Below are positions 49,930-60,519 of a DNA stretch of 64,000 nt, piece after piece. Within the stretch, counting starts at the first letter, position 1. Each line of letters opens with the position of its first letter. This DNA comes from Candidatus Bathyarchaeota archaeon (GTDB lineage Archaea > Thermoproteota > Bathyarchaeia > 40CM-2-53-6 > RBG-13-38-9): the NCBI GenBank assembly GCA_963807605.1, contig CAWECG010000005.1:11761-75760 (forward strand), written 5' to 3'. Made by a program: the position numbers and the translations under genes. Under the pieces are notes generated by a model. It did not search any database, was not told the DNA's origin, and saw nothing but the letters and a program-made list of their open reading frames with translations.

Positions 49930-50688
49930 TTGAGAGCCCTGATTCTGGCGGGAGGCTATGCAAAAAGGATGTGGCCTCTCACGAGGGACATCCCAAAAAC
50001 CCTGCTTACTATTGACGGCCGACCTGCGATAGACTACCTCGTAGAGCGGCTAGTCGAAGCCAAGATGACTCGCATAGTTGTGTCTACAAATCTGAAATTC
50101 AAACCTCAATTCGAGGCTTGGCTCCAAGGTAGACAAGACAGCAACGTTGAGATCGTGGCAGAGAGTTCAACAAGGGAGGAAGAGAAACTTGGTGCAGTCA
50201 AAGCACTAGCGGAACTCGGTCCAGGACTGGAATCTGATGACTATTTGATAATAGCTGGCGACAACATATTCAATACTAGATTGAATGGCATAATCAACTT
50301 CTACAAACGGAAGAGAGCTTCTGTAGTGGCCATCATAAAGGCTAACAACGAGGACGAGGTCAAACTAGGCTCTTCAGTCCTGCTCGCTAATGACATGAGG
50401 ATAACCAGTTTTGAGGAAAAACCATCCCAACCTAGAAGTATGCTTATTGGCGCGTGTATCTACCTCATGTCTAAGGACACCATTTTGAGATCCATCGAAT
50501 ATTTGAGTCAAGGTGGAAGAACAGATGAACCTGGCAACTTCGTAGCTTGGTTATGTAAAAAGGAGCCTGTATACGGATATGTGCTACAAGGGCGTCTCTG
50601 GGACATCGGCACGATCGAAAGCTACGAGCGACTCAAACAGGAATTCGCTGGCCCAGAAGTGAATTCATCTACGAAAACAACCATATGA
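49930..50688 (+). CDS. Sugar-1-phosphate nucleotidyltransferase (possibly HddC-like)
   Basis: TTG start, ALILAGG...R..PLT...PK.LL, AGDN, EEKP, W.DIGT. Confidence 0.82.
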   Translation: MRALILAGGYAKRMWPLTRDIPKTLLTIDGRPAIDYLVERLVEAKMTRIVVSTNLKFKPQFEAWLQGRQDSNVEIVAESSTREEEKLGAVKALAELGPGLESDDYLIIAGDNIFNTRLNGIINFYKRKRASVVAIIKANNEDEVKLGSSVLLANDMRITSFEEKPSQPRSMLIGACIYLMSKDTILRSIEYLSQGGRTDEPGNFVAWLCKKEPVYGYVLQGRLWDIGTIESYERLKQEFAGPEVNSSTKTTI

Positions 50689-50900
50689 AACAATCCAAAG
50701 AATGACATAAAGGGCTTCATTGATCCTCGAATATTCTCAACCTGCCATCTCTGCAATTGCACGCCTATGTGAAGTTTCTATTTAGTTCCTTCTCCTCGCC
50801 GGGATATCGTAAGGGCATGCACCTATTCGCCCACAGGTGGAGCATTATGGCTTCGCATCCAGGAGAGAAAGACAGAAGAGAGGCCTTCACATAGGCGCGC

Positions 50901-51398
50901 CTACTTTTCAAAGCTCGGATTTTTCAACCAGTCCCGGAGCATCCTCTTGTAGTTAGCACCGATAGGTTTGATCCTGTCGATATTGTCGGCTTCAAACCAT
51001 GTATATCGTGAAAGTTCAGGCGTCGGTGTAGGATTTCCAGATCTCCATTCTGCGGCTATACAAATTGCTATGTCATGGCGAGAAGGCAATCTTACAGGGT
51101 ATAACCCCACAAAATAGGGCTTGTGAATTTTCAGTCCACTTTCTCTGCATTGACGTATTGCGGTCTGGCTGAATGATTCTCCACGAGTAATTCTTCCTCC
51201 AATCAAAGCCCAGACATTCTTGTACGGCTGGATTGTTCGCCAGCCCATCAGAAATCTATGCTCAGTCCAGACTATTGTGTCAACACATGGAATTGGCATC
51301 TTTCCAGTAACTTCACGCCAACAATCCTCACTTATCAGACATGATCTTTGAGGCGGCATATCCATGTCACATATGGAGATCAGAATGAGTAGAATCAT
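50901..51398 (-). CDS. Nudix hydrolase (GDP-mannose mannosyl hydrolase-like)
   Basis: MPIPCVD, R...PYK..W...GGR...GE....A.R...E.G. Confidence 0.75.
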   Translation of the reverse strand: MILLILISICDMDMPPQRSCLISEDCWREVTGKMPIPCVDTIVWTEHRFLMGWRTIQPYKNVWALIGGRITRGESFSQTAIRQCRESGLKIHKPYFVGLYPVRLPSRHDIAICIAAEWRSGNPTPTPELSRYTWFEADNIDRIKPIGANYKRMLRDWLKNPSFEK

Positions 51399-51747
51399 TC
51401 ACTAAAAGACGCATAAGAGACTTTCTTCAAAATCAACTGATTCATCGCCAACTTTGGCCAGTAGTAGTCAGCCAGCGTAACAATTTGTATGCAAAACACA
51501 CGCTTAGCCAGCATGTACTGCTATCTCGTATAGCATGTTAGCGACCCCCCTCATATGCGCATTACCTGTTCAAATGTTCATTAAAATAGGCACTAGAACA
51601 AGCACTGTTTCCTGAGTATTGACTACTAAACCTTCAATATTACTCAATAACAATAGTATATTCTGACCAGTTCTGGGCAACTACTGTTTTTGTACATTTG
51701 AACAGAACTGTGAACATTTGAACGCTAGTCTGAACGAAGTGAACAGA

Positions 51748-51927
51748 ATGCGTCCTCCAGTACCTGAAGCCACCAGAAGAGCGGTCGTTGGCTTATGGCT
51801 TAAACTGGTCGCCTTCGGAGAAATAGCCGCAAGTACGGGTGTCAGCTTCAGCACAGTCTCAAACATTATAGAAGAAGAAAAGAAGAGAGCTCCTGATCTT
51901 GGGAGCCTGAGGCAAGTAATGGTCTGA
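51748..51927 (+). pseudogene. Short HTH-protein fragment
   Basis: EIAASTGVSFSTVSNII helix-turn-helix pattern; ends abruptly at the rmlA stop. Confidence 0.4.
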
Positions 51928-53001
51928 TTACATGCTTACGAAGGTGTTTTCGCCGATTATCAGTCTGTATCCCTTGGGCAGGTCGACATCATTCGAGACG
52001 ATCCTAGAACCTCTGCCTACCAAGCTATCAACTATTCTCTTGTTGCATTCGATAGTCGTATCGTTAAGAATTATTGAGTTCTCAACCTCGCCGCCCTTGA
52101 TCGTTACTTTGTCTCCGATGGATGTGTAAGGCCCCACGTATGTTCCCGGCCCAATCTCACAACCTGCACCGATTATGAGTGGCCCCCTCAGAACGCTCTT
52201 TGACTTAATCACGGTGCCCTCCGCAATGGCTATCTTTCCCGTGGCAGTCACTCCATCCTCGAGCTTGCCTTTGTTGTAAGACGTTATATCTGAGAGAACA
52301 AGATGGTTTGCCTCAAGGATATCCTCAGGCAGACCAGTGTCTTTCCACCAGCCCGACACGACGTGTGAACTCACTTCAAATCCCATGTCTAGGAGTCTCT
52401 GCAATGCGTCAGTGATCTCGAATTCACCCCTCCATGAAGGCTTCAGCCCATCAATAGCGTCAAAGATCTTAGGTCGAAACATGTAGATGCCCACTAGGGC
52501 TAGGTCGCTAGGAGGATCCTTGGGTTTCTCAGTCAACCTCACAACTTTTCCGTTCTTATCGATCTCAGCGACACCAAAAGCCTCAGGATTCTTGACATGA
52601 CATAAAGCAATATGAGCTGCCGCCTTAGAATCTGTGAATCTCTCAACAGAATCCCTTATTCCACCTTTGATCAGATTATCACCAAGGTAAACAACAAATG
52701 AGTCTGTGCCAACAAATTCCCTAGCCAATCCCACGGCGTGGGCTATTCCCCTAGGTTCACCCTGAGGTATATGCGTGATTTTCACATCAAACTTCGAACC
52801 GTCACCATAGTATTCCACAACCTTCTCAGGAGCGATGTCACCCAAGACAATGGCTATATCAGTGATGCCTGCATCCTTAAGATCTTCAAGCGCATACTGG
52901 GACATTGGCTTGTTCGCGATAGGAATCAGCTGCTTCGGGCCTGTATGCGTTAAAGGCCTAAGCCTAGTCCCTTTCCCACCATGAAGAATCACGCCCTTCA
53001 T
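51928..53001 (-). CDS. rmlA: Glucose-1-phosphate thymidylyltransferase, long form
   Basis: MKGVILHGGKGTRLRPLTHTGPKQL, YLGDN, EKP, RGE.EITD, WKDTG, C-terminal hexapeptide repeats. Confidence 0.93.
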   Translation of the reverse strand: MKGVILHGGKGTRLRPLTHTGPKQLIPIANKPMSQYALEDLKDAGITDIAIVLGDIAPEKVVEYYGDGSKFDVKITHIPQGEPRGIAHAVGLAREFVGTDSFVVYLGDNLIKGGIRDSVERFTDSKAAAHIALCHVKNPEAFGVAEIDKNGKVVRLTEKPKDPPSDLALVGIYMFRPKIFDAIDGLKPSWRGEFEITDALQRLLDMGFEVSSHVVSGWWKDTGLPEDILEANHLVLSDITSYNKGKLEDGVTATGKIAIAEGTVIKSKSVLRGPLIIGAGCEIGPGTYVGPYTSIGDKVTIKGGEVENSIILNDTTIECNKRIVDSLVGRGSRIVSNDVDLPKGYRLIIGENTFVSM

Positions 53002-53084
53002 AGGCAAACACGTCTTACACCTTTCTCTAATGCCCTTAAAAGAATAGAGGTTGTCGGAATACACTAGCCTCTTGTTCAAAACGT

Positions 53085-54460
53085 TTGACACTCACCCGCC
53101 TAAAGGCAGGTGATTCTAGCTTCTATCATGTTCAACGGTCTAGTGTTCACTGGCCTGTTAGCCTCCCACTTCATGCCATCCCACTTTAGAAGGTTAGGGC
53201 GTGTCATCGCCCTGTTAATCACTCCCGCAGGGAGCTTAACCCCTTGAGTGAGTCCTATATTTACAACACCAATAGCATCCCTATTTGCTTCTAGTCCACA
53301 GTTAAGGCATTTGAAGAGTCTGCCTTTTCTCTCAATGTTCTCTGAGCCGCATCTTACGCATTTGCTTGAAGTCTTGTATTCGCTGACTTCTTTGACCCGT
53401 ATCCCATACTCCTGCGCTGTATGCTTCAGTCTTTGAATGATGTAGTTGAAGCTCCAGAAGTTGTGGATCATCGAGTTGCTCTTCTTTCCTTTATCGTTGC
53501 CGTCTCTGATGCCTGTTAGGTCTCCTATCATAATCTTTGAAACACCGAGATCATATAGATCTCTTACCATGACTCTTATCATGGCATTGATGGCTTGCCT
53601 GAATCTCCGTTGCCTTGTCCTATACAGTTTGCTGAGTCGCTTCGAATTTTTCTTACCGTTGATTGATTCAAGTATGCCCTGACAGTCTGCTATCCTTCTG
53701 TTCCAGTACCACCAATCAGAGAGTAGATTTCTTCCGCTGAACGCTATCGGTTGCCTCCATCCTTCAAGCCAGATGGTAAACAGGTTAATGATACCGATGT
53801 CGATGTAGCATGTCTTAGAGCCTTTCGGCTTGAATAATGGCCTAACCTTAACTGCCTGAAAGACACGCCACTTCCCATCAACCTCATCATGGACGACCTC
53901 GGCCTTTCCCTGTCTTCCACTCCATCTCGGCTTGCCTCGGATGGGTATCTTCAACTTCTTTGGCAGTCTCATTACTTCATCCTTTACACTGTAGCAGTCT
54001 TTTCTCAGAACCAACATCAGCCTGTATTTCCCATCTTTTTTCCAGAACCCTGGCGTACATACTTTCTCAATGTTTGGAGGTAGTTTACCTTCTCGCTCCA
54101 TCTTCTTGAGGGCAAAGAAGCTCCTCCAAGACTCATTGCTCTTCTGGAGTATTTGTTGTGTTGTCGCTGAATCGATTAGTGGTGTGTACTTTTGATAGAG
54201 GTCTTTGCACTCCCAATCTAGGGGTTGATAGTTCATGTATGCCTGTTTTTTGCGGTAGGTTGCCTCGTTCCAAAGTTTAGCGCAGTTGGTAGCTCTTTCT
54301 CGCAGTATCCTCTCTTGCCCCACTGTTGGGGCAAGGATGAAAGTGTTGGTTCTCCGCATGAAACTACCAGTATTACTATTGGAGTACCAGACGTTTAAAC
54401 CTCAAACGTTTCTGTCTGGTCGCAATTCATCTCCCTGCTAAAGCAGGGGCTTTCTTGCTA
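53085..54460 (-). mobile_element. tnpB: IS200/IS605-family solo tnpB element (tnpB 53100-54359)
   Basis: Hairpins ccctgctaaagcaggg and cacccgcctaaaggcaggtg; IDIG, IGDL, EYKTS..C..C, C..CG...NRD. Confidence 0.9.
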
Positions 54461-55345
54461 ATTCTTTGGTAAGTCGCTGCATCTTGCTCATTTCTTTTAG
54501 CGATTCGTTCAAACTAAGAGGCTGAATGTCTAATTCTTTCTGGAGCTTGTCAACACGTAGTGATGAGTCTTTGGGCCTCCTCGCAATCCAAGAATTCATA
54601 TCAGTCATTTTTGCTGGTTTAACGAAAGACCGTCTAGACCGAATACTTCTGCGATCTTCAAAGCGAAGTCATATCGACTTACTCTATCACTTCCGACTGT
54701 ATGATAGATCCCGCGTGCACCTTGTAGCAGCATCCTCCTAAGTATCTCGCTGAGATCGTTTGAGAGTGTCGGAGAATTGTACTGGTCATCGACAACCGAT
54801 ATCTGTCTCCGATTCGCAAGAGAGTCGATAACCCAGGTTGTGAAGTTCGACTTTTTGGGATGCCATCCATAGATGACGCTCGTTCTAGCTATGACGAATT
54901 CAAGAGGGAGCGCTCTAACAAACTCCTCGCCTTTCAGCTTAGTCATCCCATAATGATTGATCGGATTTGCTTCGTCTTCTTCGCTGTAGGCACCTTTGTC
55001 TCCGTCAAAGACGTAGTCCGTGGAAATGTAGATCAGTTTGGCGCTGACTTTAGCGCATGCCTCAGCAACATTTCTTGTGCCAAGAGCGTTGATGTTCCAA
55101 GCCGATGTTTTATCGGTTTCGCATTTATCGACATTGGTCTCAGCAGCGGCATGAATTACGGCATCTGGATGAGTCCGGTCAACAACTCTAAGAACTGTAT
55201 TCTCATCGCAGACGTCCATTTTGACGGAATTCCTATGAACGGCCTCCCTGTTGTGAGTCGGGACAACTTCGTATTCTTCAGATAAGGCATCAACCAAGCT
55301 GATACCTAACAGGCCGCTTGCGCCAGTTATAAGAATCCTCTTCAA
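54438..55345 (-). pseudogene. rmlD: dTDP-4-dehydrorhamnose reductase with a frameshift near 54630
   Basis: ILITGASGLLG, AA.T.VD.CE, ISTDYVFDG, YG.TK; the conserved ARRPKDSSL C-terminus continues in another frame to a stop at 54438. Confidence 0.85.
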
Positions 55346-55384
55346 CCTGATCGTTCTCTGAGACTGAAATATCCTCAAACGCTA

Positions 55385-56720
55385 GTGAACTTACCCACCC
55401 CTAAAGGGTGTGGCTTCTCTCCTTGCGGATGGAGAAGTTCCTGCTTCAGCGACGAAACATGCCCACCAATAATGGTGGGTAGAGGCTTCATCTCCACAGG
55501 CATGTATTCGGATGGTTCCCACCCTATTCTTTCCAGTCCTAAACGCCTTATATTGAGTGATGCATTGAAGTCCCTATCAATCTTTAGTCCACAATGGGGA
55601 CACTTGTGTATCCTCACTGCAAGAGTCTTAGGAACCTTAGCGCCACATCCACTGCAATCTTGGCTGGTGTTCTGGGGCGGTACTTGGATTCGTAGTTTAC
55701 AGGCGGTTTCAGCCTTGTACCCTACCATCGACCCAAATCTTCCCCATGAAGCATCAGCCATATTCTTGGCATTAGGGATCCCCTGCATCAAATCCTGAAT
55801 ATTCAGATCTTCCATGCAGATTACATCGTGTTTGTCAACGTAGTATCTTGAGAGTTTGTGCAAGAAGTCATTTCTGCAGTTTGTTATGTCCTCATGGATT
55901 GATGCAACCTTGACCTTCTGCTTCATCCTGTTTCTTGATCTCTTCTTCCTTCTTGATAGCCGCCTCTGCTCTCTTTGGAGTCTCTTCAGTTTTTTGTCGA
56001 TGTTATGCGGGTGAGGGGTCACCCTTCCATTAGAATCGTAGGCATAGTTTACTATGCCAACATCTATCCCAACAGTTTTGCTATTGTCCGCTGGCTGAGT
56101 ATTTATCGGATGGTCGTATTCAATGGAGGTTATTGCATACCAATTGTTGTTTGCAGAATGTTTTATGATAACCTGTTTGATCTCACCATCAATATCTTTA
56201 TGCAGCCGTATTGGGATGTCTCCTATCTTGTTGAGGTGGAGTAATCCCATCTGTCGTATCTGCTTGGCACCATGCTTGATTGAGAATCCAGATTGGTTGT
56301 AGATGAAGGCCTTGAACCATCCACGTCCCTTGAATCTTAGCCTCCCAACCTTCCTGCCTCTCTTCTTCATCTGTGAGAGTGCCCTGAGATTGGAGTATAG
56401 TTGGTAGAGGACGTATTGTCGTGTCTTTGAGTGTAGCTTCTCAAGCTCAGGCTTGTATCTGCATAGGGCAGGGATCATCTCTTGTAGAAGTTTCCTGTTT
56501 GGCGCCTTTACACTGCACCTAACTATTCCCAAGAAGTAGTTGTAGAGCCACCGGCAAAGCTCAAGGATTGCAGACATCTCCTCCTCTTGTATCCTTGTTG
56601 GGTAAAGCCTATAGCGCACTGAAGACTGCATTGTACTCACTATATTTTTTGTAAACTCCGCTTATAATGCTGATACCAGTTCGCTTTCATCCCACCCCTA
56701 AAGGGTGGGGGATTTCCCGC
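55385..56720 (-). mobile_element. tnpB: IS200/IS605-family solo tnpB element (tnpB 55375-56640, intact D-E-D)
   Basis: YRLYP, GIDVG, MEDL, DRD.NA, Zn finger; hairpins ccaccccta-aagggtg at both ends. Confidence 0.92.
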
Positions 56721-56775
56721 TCACCTTTTTAAACCCTAATCTGAATCTAATCATCCTGGAAGGGAAGACTCTGCG

Positions 56776-57258
56776 ATGCAAAAGTTGATCGATGGCATTG
56801 AAGTGAAACAGTTGAAGAAGAATGTTGACGAGAGAGGATACCTTTGCGAAATTCTGAGAAAGGATTGGGACATCTACAGGGACTTTGCGATGGCGTACTT
56901 TTCGTTGACTTTTCCCGGCGTTGTAAGGGCATGGCATCGACATCCTCGAACCAGACAAACAGACAACATGTGTATAGTTCAAGGTACCGGCAAGATCGTG
57001 GTCTACGACGACAGAGAAGACTCTTCAACCAAAGGCGTAGTCAACGAGTTCATCATTGGCGAAGACAACCCCACACTACTGAAGATTCCAGGGGAGTGCT
57101 GGCACGGCTTCAAAGCCCTAGGAGTAAGGCCAGCGATCTTACTAAATTTCCCAACAAGAATGTACGATTATGAGAAGCCTGATGAGGAGAGGCTGCCACC
57201 TGATACAGAGAGGATACCTTACGACTGGAAGCTGGCTCCCTGGATCAAACATGGTTGA
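56776..57258 (+). CDS. rmlC: dTDP-4-dehydrorhamnose 3,5-epimerase (cupin)
   Basis: DERG...E, S.T.PGVVRAWH.H, IP...WHGF. Confidence 0.9.
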   Translation: MQKLIDGIEVKQLKKNVDERGYLCEILRKDWDIYRDFAMAYFSLTFPGVVRAWHRHPRTRQTDNMCIVQGTGKIVVYDDREDSSTKGVVNEFIIGEDNPTLLKIPGECWHGFKALGVRPAILLNFPTRMYDYEKPDEERLPPDTERIPYDWKLAPWIKHG

Positions 57259-58265
57259 GCCTGATGAGAATTCTTGTAACCGGCGGACTAGGATTCATAG
57301 CCAGCAACCTCATCAAATACATCCTCAACGAACGTAGCGACGTTAAAATCACAAATGTCGACAACCTATCCACAGCCGCAAACCCCGCAAACCTGAAGGA
57401 CATAAGGAAAGACACAAGATACAAGTTCGTAAAGGCTGACATAGCGGAACCCCGCATAATATCCAAGCTTGTGAAAGATGCGGAGGTCATCGTGAACTCC
57501 GCCGCTGAGACGCATGTCGACAGAAGCATAGCCAACCCACAACCCTTCTTCAAAAGCAACACCCAAGGAACCTTCACACTCCTAGAAGCTGCCAGAAAGA
57601 ATAATCCCAAGGCCAGAATAGTCCAGGTCTCTACCGATGAAATCTACGGAGACATTCTTGAAGGCTCGTTCAACGAAGACCAAAGGCTAAGACCGTCAAA
57701 TCCGTACGCAGCAAGCAAAGCAGCCGGTGACATGTTCGCCCTAGCCTACTGCAGGACCTATGGGCTAGACCTGATAGTTACTCGATGCACAAACAACTTT
57801 GGCCCCTACCAGAATCCTGAGAAGCTCATACCGAAGAGCATTGTAAGAGCATGCCTAAACCTCACCATACCCATCTACGGCCACGGGAAACAAGTAAGGG
57901 ATTGGATATACGTCCTAGACCATTGCGCAGCACTTAATCAAGTCATAGAAAGAGGAAGGGCGGGGAACATTTACAACATCTCCGCTGGAAACGAACTATC
58001 CAACATTCAGGTTGTCGAATTAATCCTTGATCTCTTGGAAAAACCCAGGGATCTAATTAGTCACGTAGATGACCGTCCAGGTCACGACGCCAGATACAGC
58101 CTAGACTCATCAAGAATAAAATCAGAACTAGGCTGGGAGCCAAAATACGTCTTCCCAGACGCTTTGAGAATGACTATTGAATGGTACCAAAAGAACAAGG
58201 CGTGGTGGAAGCCTCTGGCTTCAAAAAAGATTCTGCACCCAACTCCATGGAAATTAAAACAGTAA
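57255..58265 (+). CDS. rmlB: dTDP-glucose 4,6-dehydratase
   Basis: GGLGFI, AAETHVDRSI, STDE.YG, YAASKA, RDW.YV.DH, DRPGHD.RY. Confidence 0.95.
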   Translation: MSLMRILVTGGLGFIASNLIKYILNERSDVKITNVDNLSTAANPANLKDIRKDTRYKFVKADIAEPRIISKLVKDAEVIVNSAAETHVDRSIANPQPFFKSNTQGTFTLLEAARKNNPKARIVQVSTDEIYGDILEGSFNEDQRLRPSNPYAASKAAGDMFALAYCRTYGLDLIVTRCTNNFGPYQNPEKLIPKSIVRACLNLTIPIYGHGKQVRDWIYVLDHCAALNQVIERGRAGNIYNISAGNELSNIQVVELILDLLEKPRDLISHVDDRPGHDARYSLDSSRIKSELGWEPKYVFPDALRMTIEWYQKNKAWWKPLASKKILHPTPWKLKQ

Positions 58266-58293
58266 GATTCTTGTTTAACGGATTCATCATGAC

Positions 58294-58797
58294 TTGATAC
58301 CAGTTAACTCTCTAGAGGGTAGTTTGCAGATGGCTGATTTCATAAGGAACTTCATCTTGGCGAGTCTAGCTGCAATAACAATAATGATCCTGAGCATTCT
58401 CTTCAACATCGCCAGATCCTTTCTCAGCGACAAAACCACTATCTCAATAAAGAGTCTGCTTGATATCAGCTGGCTCTGGGAGTACAAGTATTACTTAGCC
58501 TTCATCTTTGTTATTGGCGTAGCCTACTTCGGCTCCTCAATGTTGATGACGCAGTTCTCAAGCAACCTCAGCCTAGGAAGACACACAGCCACCTTCACAT
58601 TCTTGGTATTTCTCATATGGAGTACCCTCTTCATTCCAATCAACATTTTCGTCTATAATGTCTGGAGGAAAGAAGCCATTCCTGGACTATCTGACAGGTT
58701 CTGGCTCTACGTAAGCGTCATCATCATACTCAACCTAGCTGTGGCGTACTTCGCTTCTCAGGCGATAGACAGACTACAGGAGCTTGGCCAGCTCTGA
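58294..58797 (+). CDS. Small 4-TM hypothetical membrane protein
   Basis: Hydrophobic helices; lies between rmlB and wzm. Confidence 0.6.
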   Translation: MIPVNSLEGSLQMADFIRNFILASLAAITIMILSILFNIARSFLSDKTTISIKSLLDISWLWEYKYYLAFIFVIGVAYFGSSMLMTQFSSNLSLGRHTATFTFLVFLIWSTLFIPINIFVYNVWRKEAIPGLSDRFWLYVSVIIILNLAVAYFASQAIDRLQELGQL

Positions 58798-58991
58798 CTT
58801 CACGTGATCTCAACTGGTATCTAGCACCTGATGAGAAGCAGAACAAAGGGAACAAGAACAATTCTAGGCCTTGATGAGGCCAGCAAATACTAAAATTGGT
58901 CTGGGAAAGAAGGCTTATTAAAGCGGCAAAATTCCCCTATTGAAAGCCATAGGAAACATACACGCTTCAACCTTAAAGAGATGCTCAGTCA

Positions 58992-59747
58992 TTGCCCGAC
59001 TACAGTGAGCTCGTCAAGAATCTTACAGTAAAGGAGTTCAAGCTGAGATATCGGAACTCCTTCTTGGGTTTCTTGTGGTCTTTACTTAACCCGCTCTGCA
59101 TGTTAATCATTCTGACACTCGTCTTCTCAACACTTCTAAGATCTGGAATAAGCAATTTCCCAGTTTTCCTACTTCCAGCCCTATTGTGCTGGAGATTCTT
59201 CTCCATAAGCACATCCATGTCGCTCTCTTCCGTAATTGGCAATGCGCCACTTGTGACAAAGGTCTACTTTCCAAGGTGGCTGCTGGTCCTGTCCAGCAAC
59301 ATTGCCAATCTGATAGGGAGCTCGCTGGAGTTCGCTGCCCTCTTCCCCCTACTAGCAATTCTTGGAATGAGAATCACATTTCTGATACTTCTACTCCCCG
59401 TGATCTTGGCATTTGAATTCCTGCTGATTATAGGAGTATCCCTGATTCTTGCGTCTCTAAACGTCTACTATAGGGATTTCAACCAAATCTGGGACATCAC
59501 ACTTCAAATAGGCTTCTTCCTATGCCCGATAATATACAGCATGAATGTCATACCTGAGAGATACCTTCTAGTCTATTCCCTCAACCCGATGACGCGGGTC
59601 ATTGAGTCTGTCAGGAATATCCTCTACTACAATACGCTTCCAATCCTCACAGATTTCGTGATAGTCCTAGCAAGCGGTGCCCTCCTTTTGTTCGTAGGCT
59701 ACCTCGTCTACCGAAGGTTGGAGCCGGGATTTGCGGAGGAGATCTAA
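58992..59747 (+). CDS. wzm: Polysaccharide ABC exporter permease
   Basis: K.RY..S.LG.LW.LLNP, K.YFP, RD..Q, F..PI.Y, LNP. Confidence 0.92.
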   Translation: MPDYSELVKNLTVKEFKLRYRNSFLGFLWSLLNPLCMLIILTLVFSTLLRSGISNFPVFLLPALLCWRFFSISTSMSLSSVIGNAPLVTKVYFPRWLLVLSSNIANLIGSSLEFAALFPLLAILGMRITFLILLLPVILAFEFLLIIGVSLILASLNVYYRDFNQIWDITLQIGFFLCPIIYSMNVIPERYLLVYSLNPMTRVIESVRNILYYNTLPILTDFVIVLASGALLLFVGYLVYRRLEPGFAEEI

Positions 59748-59749
59748 CG

Positions 59750-60499
59750 GTGAGTCTAATTCAAGTCGAGGATCTCTGGAAGAAATTCAAGATCCCCCAT
59801 GAGAAGAGAACAACCATCCTTGAAAACATATCCGGCGCCCTTCAGATCTTGGATAGAGAGCGCTTCACCTATGAAGAGTTCTGGGCCTTGAGAGCCGTAA
59901 ATTTCTCAGTCGGGCCCGGCGAATTCGTAGGTGTCATCGGGGAGAACGGAAGCGGCAAATCGACCTTACTTGAGATAATAGCAAGAATCCTAAGACCTGA
60001 CAAAGGGAACGTAAGAGTTGCTGGAACGGTAGCGCCGATACTTGAGCTGGGGGTTGGATTCCACCCTGAGTTAACAGCGAGAGAGAACGTCCTAATTTAC
60101 GGCTCCATAATGGGCATGAAAAATAATGAACTCAAGAAGAGAATGTCATCTATACTCCAGTTCGCTGATCTAGAGAGATTCAGAGATGCCAAGCTGAAGA
60201 ACCTCTCCTCAGGAATGCAGGTCAGGCTTGGCTTCTCCGTCGCCGTTGAGACCGACCCCGACATCTTCTTAATAGATGAAGCCCTAGCCGTCGGCGACAT
60301 GCAGTTCCAGAAAAAATGCTTAGACAAGTTCAAAGACTTCAAGACAGAAAAAAAGACAATCCTCTTCGTATCCCATGCCCTCGGTCTGGTTAAGGAGTTT
60401 TGTGAGAAGACATTATTCCTGTCAAAAGGCGAGATGATGAGCTTCGGGCCGACAATAGACGTCATAACCCAGTATACTGGCAACACCCAACGATCGTGA
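59750..60499 (+). CDS. wzt: Polysaccharide ABC exporter ATPase (no C-terminal carbohydrate-binding domain)
   Basis: FWAL, GENGSGKST, GFHPELT.REN, SSGM..RL.F, DE.LAVGD..F..K. Confidence 0.93.
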   Translation: MSLIQVEDLWKKFKIPHEKRTTILENISGALQILDRERFTYEEFWALRAVNFSVGPGEFVGVIGENGSGKSTLLEIIARILRPDKGNVRVAGTVAPILELGVGFHPELTARENVLIYGSIMGMKNNELKKRMSSILQFADLERFRDAKLKNLSSGMQVRLGFSVAVETDPDIFLIDEALAVGDMQFQKKCLDKFKDFKTEKKTILFVSHALGLVKEFCEKTLFLSKGEMMSFGPTIDVITQYTGNTQRS

Positions 60500-60519
60500 C
60501 ATCCTCCCACGGCTGAAAT

